DNA of 64,000 nucleotides from Blastocatellia bacterium (GTDB lineage Bacteria; Acidobacteriota; Blastocatellia; UBA7656; JADIYM01): NCBI GenBank assembly GCA_044224215.1, contig JBGAKX010000007.1, positions 2,020 to 66,019 of the forward strand, read 5' to 3'. Shown piece by piece: positions 58,289 to 64,000 of this stretch (position 1 is its first letter; each line of letters starts with the position of its first letter). The notes under the pieces were generated by a model. It saw only the letters and a program-made list of their open reading frames with translations, ran no database searches and was not told where the DNA came from. The position numbers and the translations under genes were made by a program.

Positions 58289-58750
58289 CTATCCGGACCG
58301 CATGGTCCGAACGAGCCGGTCAAAGTCGAGCACGGCGTCGATCTGCTCGCGCATCGGGCACGCGCGACGGCGTTTCGCGGTGACCTCCTCGAGCGCCGTG
58401 CGCGCATTCCAGCGCGTCGTGTCGACCGCGATCAGATAGCACGCTGCCACCGTCACCGCTCGCTGCAGGCCGGCGTAGCAATGCAGGTAGACGCGGTGGC
58501 CGTCGTCGACGAACGTCCGGACGGCTGCGACCGCCTCCTCGAGCTGACCGAGTGACGGCGCGTGAAAATCCTTGAAGCCCACGCGTGCCGCGACGATCCC
58601 GTGGCTTGACAGCACGTGCACGGGATCGGGCGACTCGGCCTGGAGATTGACGACGGCGCCGATACCCAGCTCGACGAGGAGCGGGACGTCAGCGTCTTCG
58701 AACGCCGACCCGACAATCAGCGAATCATCTATGGTGTCGAAATCCAGCAT
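58289..58750 (-). CDS. dual-specificity / protein-tyrosine phosphatase
   Basis: HCYAGLQRA matches the CX5R P-loop. Confidence 0.8.
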   Translation of the reverse strand: MLDFDTIDDSLIVGSAFEDADVPLLVELGIGAVVNLQAESPDPVHVLSSHGIVAARVGFKDFHAPSLGQLEEAVAAVRTFVDDGHRVYLHCYAGLQRAVTVAACYLIAVDTTRWNARTALEEVTAKRRRACPMREQIDAVLDFDRLVRTMRSG

Positions 58751-58907
58751 GCGGCGATCGGCACCACTCTATCACGACGACACACACCGCAAATGCAGAG
58801 CCGATCGCGTGAGCGATCGGGGTAACCCCAATTCGCGCGCGATGTATGGCCCGCCCGATCCCTGACGGGATCGGCTCTGCGTCGTGTGCGGTGTCGCTCG
58901 CGGCGGC

Positions 58908-60062
58908 CTACCGCCGGCCAACGAGACGTGGACACGGCCGGCCGTCTGGCACGTACCGCATGTTGGCGTCGACGACGACACGCGTCGTGGCGAAACCATA
59001 CCGACCGGGAATCCCGCCAAACCGTGCGTCGCGCAGGAGCACCGTTCGCTCGCCCGAACGCGTGTCCGGCACGATCTCGGCGTACAGAAACCGGTTGAAC
59101 CCCTCAGCTACCTCGCCCGGACACGACTGCAGCGCCGCCGTGACGGCCGCGTCGTCGAGGTTGCGTGGAATGACGTCGCCTGTCACGTAAGGTTTCGAGA
59201 CAAGTGTAACGGTGCTTTCACTGATCTCCGAGCTCGTCGCCCTCAGGACGATCCACCGATCCGGTCGCATGAACGTCGGAATCGTCGCTGACTGCGTGAT
59301 CGGCGGCGTGACGTCCGGCAACTCGCCGTCCGCGACGATGTTCCCCGCGTGCGTGCGCAGCCCCGCAAGGGCTCCCCAGTAAGCAACCACCGCGACGAGC
59401 GAACCCGTCGCAAGCCGGCGAGCCGGCAATACCGGCCACACCGACCGCATCACGACAAGCGCAACCAGGAGCCCCAGCCAGATCCACGCGGCGACGGACC
59501 CTCCCGAGTCGGCCTGTCGCGCGAGTTGCTGTCCGACGACACCGATCGCCATGACTGCAAAGAGCACGCTCCACATGGCCATCGTGATCCGCGTTCGCAC
59601 GGCTCCGAGAAACAGCGCACCACCAAGCACGAGCCAAAGCCACGGATCGATCACGAATGCGATGTCGCCGTACACCCACGCACCGTCGAACGGTAGCCAG
59701 GGCCGCACGCCGTACGAATTCGTCCAATCGAGCAGAAGATGGCTCGCCAGACCCACGAGCGCGACGACGACGAGACCGGTGAACCTTGCGGGTGCGCGCA
59801 CCGAACCCTTTGCGCGTGTCACGCGGTCCGCCAGCACCATCGCACCGGCCAGGAGCGGCGCCTCGATCGCCACCCCCAACACGGAGTGTGTCAAGCCACG
59901 GTGATACTCCAGGTACGCGAGGTCGCCCCACAGCGCCGAGACGATGTCGACGTCCGGCAGATTCGCCGCGATCAGCATCGTTGGCAACGCCAACGGAGAC
60001 AACCGGTCGAAGCCGGCGCGCGACAGTGCACCGCCGACGAGCGTGTGGCAGATGTTGTCCAC
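58908..60062 (-). CDS. membrane-bound metal-dependent hydrolase (YdjM/YbcI, DUF457 family)
   Basis: N-terminal MDNICHTLVG...HRGLTHS His motifs and transmembrane helices typical of the LexA-regulated YdjM family. Confidence 0.7.
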   Translation of the reverse strand: MDNICHTLVGGALSRAGFDRLSPLALPTMLIAANLPDVDIVSALWGDLAYLEYHRGLTHSVLGVAIEAPLLAGAMVLADRVTRAKGSVRAPARFTGLVVVALVGLASHLLLDWTNSYGVRPWLPFDGAWVYGDIAFVIDPWLWLVLGGALFLGAVRTRITMAMWSVLFAVMAIGVVGQQLARQADSGGSVAAWIWLGLLVALVVMRSVWPVLPARRLATGSLVAVVAYWGALAGLRTHAGNIVADGELPDVTPPITQSATIPTFMRPDRWIVLRATSSEISESTVTLVSKPYVTGDVIPRNLDDAAVTAALQSCPGEVAEGFNRFLYAEIVPDTRSGERTVLLRDARFGGIPGRYGFATTRVVVDANMRYVPDGRPCPRLVGRR

Positions 60063-60063
60063 G

Positions 60064-60483
60064 CTATGACCCGCCCGACAATGCCTCGAATCGCGCTCGC
60101 AGCGCGTCGGGAATCTGGCGCTTCGTCATCGTGTCGAGATCGGTGCACACCTTGGTGTGAGACGACCGCAGCACCTGTTTGCTTCCCACGTGGCCGCGAA
60201 ACTCGAACACGACCGACGAATACCCGACCCGTGAGATCCATACCGTAAAGTCGACGACGTCGCCGTAGCGGACCGGCGCCCAGAAATCGGTTTCGACGTG
60301 CACCGTCGGAAATCCGAGCCGATCGCGCGCGTACAGGTCCGGATAGCTGATTCCGAACGACTCGGTCCACGAGTCCTCGAACGCGACGTGGCAGTAGTGA
60401 TACAGGCTCGGGAAGTACATGATCCCGGCGGGATCGCAGTCCCCGAACCGCACCTTAATCGATGTCTGAAAGTTCGGCGCCAA
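60064..60483 (-). CDS. acyl-CoA thioesterase (4HBT/YbgC hotdog fold)
   Basis: VRFGDCDPAGIMYF has the hotdog-fold thioesterase catalytic Asp. Confidence 0.8.
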   Translation of the reverse strand: MAPNFQTSIKVRFGDCDPAGIMYFPSLYHYCHVAFEDSWTESFGISYPDLYARDRLGFPTVHVETDFWAPVRYGDVVDFTVWISRVGYSSVVFEFRGHVGSKQVLRSSHTKVCTDLDTMTKRQIPDALRARFEALSGGS

Positions 60484-61237
60484 GGTCGTATGTCTCGCGT
60501 ATCGATATCACCAGCATTCGCGCGAGGGCGTCGTACAGCGCCTCGCCTTCCGCACCACTCGCGTCCGCGGGCTGACCAAAATACGCGCGGTCACCACCGG
60601 CCTCGCGAAATGTCAGCCGCCCGTCGCGGATAGCATCCGACAGGCTCGCATTGACCTCGGGCAGCGCGACGCGAAGGTCGTCGTGTACCAGGTCCGGCCG
60701 GTCCGCCATCACCAGCGAGCTCTCGTAGCGACCGGCGTGACACGCCCCTGAAAGAAACTCGTCGCCAAGGCGCGATGCCCATCGCCGTCGACGCTTGTCG
60801 GGAAACGCGACGGTTACGCCGGTCTTCGCGCGAATCTCGTCGACGGCGGCGAGGATGGAGTCCACGTGCGCAGGTTCGAGATGCGAGTTTGCGATGCAGA
60901 AACGAACAAACCCCTGCTTGGCCAGCCCGCAGACCACGTCGACGAGCACAGCGCGCGCCGTCTCGAACCTGAGCGAGATTCCACCGGCAAACCCCGCCGC
61001 GAAATCGGTCACCGAATACAGAATTGACGGGAGTACGAGACTCGGAATACCGCGCGCCGCGAGCATTCGCGCTGCCCGGGTCGCCATGCCTTCCGAGATG
61101 ATCACGTCCGTCGAAAGCGGCAGATGCGGCCCGTGCGGCTCCGTCGATCCGACCGGCAACAACATCACCGTCTCGCGCGCGAGCGCGGCGATCTCTTCCC
61201 ACGTGCAGTCGGCGAATCGGAGCGGCAGGTCACGCAT
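60455..61237 (-). CDS. creatininase-family amidohydrolase
   Basis: LLPVGSTEPHGPHLPL...D...E metal-binding pattern of creatinine amidohydrolase. Confidence 0.8.
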   Translation of the reverse strand: MRDLPLRFADCTWEEIAALARETVMLLPVGSTEPHGPHLPLSTDVIISEGMATRAARMLAARGIPSLVLPSILYSVTDFAAGFAGGISLRFETARAVLVDVVCGLAKQGFVRFCIANSHLEPAHVDSILAAVDEIRAKTGVTVAFPDKRRRRWASRLGDEFLSGACHAGRYESSLVMADRPDLVHDDLRVALPEVNASLSDAIRDGRLTFREAGGDRAYFGQPADASGAEGEALYDALARMLVISIRETYDLGAELSDID

Positions 61238-61278
61238 CGGGTGAGGATTCTACTCGATCCTCGATTGGCGGTGCAGAC

Positions 61279-62535
61279 CTACTCGTATCTGAGCGCGTCG
61301 ATCGGGTCCAGACGCGCCGCGCGCAGCGCGGGCCACATGCCGAAACCGAGCCCGATGCCAACCGAGACGACGAATCCGATGATCGGCGCCCACATCGGCA
61401 CGACGGCCGGCAGGATCAGGCTGATCAACAGACTCGCGCCCCATCCGAGAATGATGCCGATGATTCCGCCGAGGCCGGTAAGCGTCGCCGCCTCGATCAG
61501 GAACTGCGAGATGATGTCGAATCGCCGGGCGCCGATCGCCTTCCGGATGCCGATCTCCTTGGTGCGTTCCGTGACGCTCACCAGCATTATGTTCATCACG
61601 CCGATGCCGCCGATCAGCAGACCGGCCGAGCTGAGCGCGAACATCAGCAGCGCGATGCCGCCGGTGATCGCGTGGAACTTGGCCGTCACGGTGTCGGGCG
61701 AGAAGATCGCAAAGTTGTCCTCTTCGTTGAACGCGACGCCCCGGCGGCGGCGGAGCAGCTCACGAACCTGATCGTTCGCCTTGTCCTTCATCCCGGGATA
61801 GTACTGGCACGTGATCCAGTTCTCCTGCATGTCTTCGGATGCCTTGGAGTAGAACTTGATCATCGTCTGGTACGGAATGTAGAGGGCACGATTCGTGTTG
61901 CCACCGTCGTCCTCTGACATGAAGAAGTTGTCGCGCTTCTCGAGCACGCCGATGACCTCGAGCTCGTTCTCGTCCATCAGGAACTTCTTGCCGATCGGGT
62001 TCATGTTCGGCCAGAACGTGCTCGCGATATCGGCGCCGATGACCGCCACCGGACGGCGATAGTCGTTCTCGGATTCGTTGAAGAACCGCCCGGTCGCCAC
62101 GGTAACGCCTTCGATCCGCTCATAGGCCGGAAGCGTGCCGTTGACGCCGTTCAGATACAGCTCTTCGCCGTTCGCCCGAACTTTTGGCGTGTCCGGCGAC
62201 ACCATCGGCACGACGACCTCGATCGCCGAGCACTGTTCGCGAATCGCATCCGCGTCTTCGTAGGTGATGGGTTTGCGCGTCCGTTCCTCAAACGACCGGC
62301 GGCCGGTCGAGAACGTCGGATCGAACTTGTAGACCCAGATCGAGCGCGTGCCAAACGCCTCCATCTCCTGCTGGAATTTCGCGTCAAGACCCGAGATGAA
62401 CGACGACACGGCCATCACCGTGAGCGTGCCGATCACGACACCAAAGACCGTCAGAAACGACCGGAACTTGTTCGTTCTCAGCGTGTTGAACGCGAGCGCG
62501 ATGCTCTCGGAAAATCGGAAGAAGTTCAGTCGCAT
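61279..62535 (-). CDS. ABC transporter permease, FtsX/MacB family
   Basis: N-terminal transmembrane helix, periplasmic MacB_PCD domain and the C-terminal FtsX four-helix domain. Confidence 0.85.
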   Translation of the reverse strand: MRLNFFRFSESIALAFNTLRTNKFRSFLTVFGVVIGTLTVMAVSSFISGLDAKFQQEMEAFGTRSIWVYKFDPTFSTGRRSFEERTRKPITYEDADAIREQCSAIEVVVPMVSPDTPKVRANGEELYLNGVNGTLPAYERIEGVTVATGRFFNESENDYRRPVAVIGADIASTFWPNMNPIGKKFLMDENELEVIGVLEKRDNFFMSEDDGGNTNRALYIPYQTMIKFYSKASEDMQENWITCQYYPGMKDKANDQVRELLRRRRGVAFNEEDNFAIFSPDTVTAKFHAITGGIALLMFALSSAGLLIGGIGVMNIMLVSVTERTKEIGIRKAIGARRFDIISQFLIEAATLTGLGGIIGIILGWGASLLISLILPAVVPMWAPIIGFVVSVGIGLGFGMWPALRAARLDPIDALRYE

Positions 62536-62544
62536 GACGAATCC

Positions 62545-63765
62545 TCAGTCGGCCCTCAGGGCGATGATCGGATCGAGCTTTGCCGCCCGCCACGCCGGAT
62601 AGATTCCAAAAAACACACCCACACCGGCCGACACGCCGAGCGCGATCATCGTCCACATAACGGGTAGCGTCGTCGGGAACGAGAGCAGCAATGTGACGAC
62701 CTTGGAGAGCGACCACGCAGCGAGCACCCCGATCAGCCCTCCAAGCAGCGACAGCAGCGTCGATTCCGCCAGGAACTGCTGCAGGATGTCCGAGCGCCGT
62801 GCTCCGAGCGACTTGCGAATGCCGATCTCGCGGGTCCGCTCGGTGACGCTGACGAGCATGATGTTCATGACGACAATTCCGCCGACGACGAGCGCAATCG
62901 ACGTCACGCCGATCGCGACGATCGAGATCGTCCCGAACATCTGGTCGCGCAGCTTGTTGATGGCGTCCGGCGTCAGAATGTCGAAGTTGTCCTTCTGGTC
63001 GGGCGACAGGTGACGACGCGATCTGAGCGTCACGCGAACCTCGTCGACGGCGTCCTGCATGTGGTCTGCGCTGATGGCGGACACGCGCAACGCCAGACCG
63101 CTGTTCGATCCGTACGTCTTCAGGAACGTCCCGATCGGAATGTCGATGAACGCGTCCTGCGGCTGGCCGAAAACGGTCCCGATCGCAGCGGCGACGCCGA
63201 TCACGCGATAGGGCCGGCCGTCGATCTTGATCTCCTGCCCGATCGGATCGACCATCGGGAACAGGTCGCGCGCAATGTCCGCGCCGAGGAATGCGACGCT
63301 CGCACGCTGCTCATCTTCTTCACGCGTGTAGAACCGTCCTTCCCCGACCTTCATCGTATCGATATCGATCAGATTGGCCGATGCGCCCGCGATACGAATG
63401 TCCTGGAGTTCCTTGGACCCGAACTTGACGGGTGCGCGGCGCCGCGTCACCGCGGCCGCTTCCCGCACGAACACCTTGTGTGCCGTGATCGCGCCGAGCT
63501 CTCCGGTCGTCACCGCGCGGTTGTACTGCTCCTTCTCGCGGAACTCCTTCTCGCTCGTGATGATGCCGAAACGCGTGACAACAAAGGCGTTCGAGCCGAG
63601 GTCAGCGACCTTCTCCTCGACGTAGTTGTTGAAGCCCTCGATGATCGTGACGACAAGGATGACGACGGCAACGCCAAAGATGATGCCGAGCAGCGTCAGA
63701 AACGACCGCAACTTGTGGGCCCAGATGGCTGAAGCCGCCAGTTTGAGCGACTCGAGAAACTTCAT
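62545..63765 (-). CDS. ABC transporter permease, FtsX/MacB family (paralog)
   Basis: Same architecture as its neighbour. GGAGGA ribosome-binding site before MKFLESL. Confidence 0.85.
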   Translation of the reverse strand: MKFLESLKLAASAIWAHKLRSFLTLLGIIFGVAVVILVVTIIEGFNNYVEEKVADLGSNAFVVTRFGIITSEKEFREKEQYNRAVTTGELGAITAHKVFVREAAAVTRRRAPVKFGSKELQDIRIAGASANLIDIDTMKVGEGRFYTREEDEQRASVAFLGADIARDLFPMVDPIGQEIKIDGRPYRVIGVAAAIGTVFGQPQDAFIDIPIGTFLKTYGSNSGLALRVSAISADHMQDAVDEVRVTLRSRRHLSPDQKDNFDILTPDAINKLRDQMFGTISIVAIGVTSIALVVGGIVVMNIMLVSVTERTREIGIRKSLGARRSDILQQFLAESTLLSLLGGLIGVLAAWSLSKVVTLLLSFPTTLPVMWTMIALGVSAGVGVFFGIYPAWRAAKLDPIIALRAD

Positions 63766-63834
63766 TTCGTCCTCCGTCGGATTGCACACCAGAGAACGTG
63801 CCGGCGGGCGCGGAAGTTTCGGGAAATCCAGCCG

Positions 63835-64000
63835 TCAGCGGCGTTTCGGGATGTCCTCGGCGTCGATGACGTCATAGGACTCGCCGGCGTCGAACCCGCC
63901 AAACGCCGCCGAACCCACGTTTACAACGGAGAAACGGCCGTCGGACATCCGGGCGTCGATCGCGCGCCGGATTCGGACGCGTGTGTAATTGTTTACAATC
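63835..64000 (-). CDS. ABC transporter ATP-binding protein (MacB/LolD-like), C-terminal fragment at the window edge
   Basis: The reverse translation ends ...RVRIRRAIDARMSDGRFSVVNVGSAAFGGFDAGESYDVIDAEDIPKRR*, matching the tail of LolD/MacB-type ATPases. Confidence 0.6.
   Translation of the reverse strand, partial: IVNNYTRVRIRRAIDARMSDGRFSVVNVGSAAFGGFDAGESYDVIDAEDIPKRR

Overview
This is a high-GC (about 68%) bacterial chromosomal segment, densely coding on both strands. Every gene is GC3-biased, which also produces long spurious antisense ORFs. I found no rRNA, tRNA, CRISPR array, transposase or integrase. The lineage cannot be fixed from sequence alone; Acidobacteria, Gemmatimonadota and Myxococcota are all compatible.

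The standout feature is an atypical, apparently incomplete type III secretion (T3SS) export-apparatus locus at 41999..52090. It is a 15-gene translationally coupled operon in the Ysc-type order sctI-J-K-L-N-O-P-Q-R-S-T, headed by a FliA-like sigma factor. It has five unusual properties:
- a FliO-like domain fused in frame to SctR;
- a frameshift inside sctL;
- a tandem-FHA, membrane-anchored protein in the position where sctU would normally sit;
- no secretin, needle, sctD or sctU gene in cis;
- the sctV/flhA gene lies 12 kb away (28319..30403), divergent from a phospholipase-D-FHA fusion gene.

Other content:
- Housekeeping and metabolic genes include a Fur-family regulator, a crt/hbd-type beta-oxidation or butyrate operon behind a consensus sigma-70 promoter, dcd, thiO, moaA-thiC, gph, efp, ygfZ and an alcohol dehydrogenase.
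- A regulatory module is made of a hybrid sensor kinase, an NtrC-like enhancer-binding protein, a near-consensus sigma-54 promoter, a secreted TIGR03118-family protein and a small basic protein.
- Two adjacent small stress genes: an SmtA-like bacterial metallothionein gene followed by a hairpin, and, upstream, a glycine-zipper stress protein.
- A 27-bp perfect inverted-repeat pair forms a 125-bp structured intergenic element.
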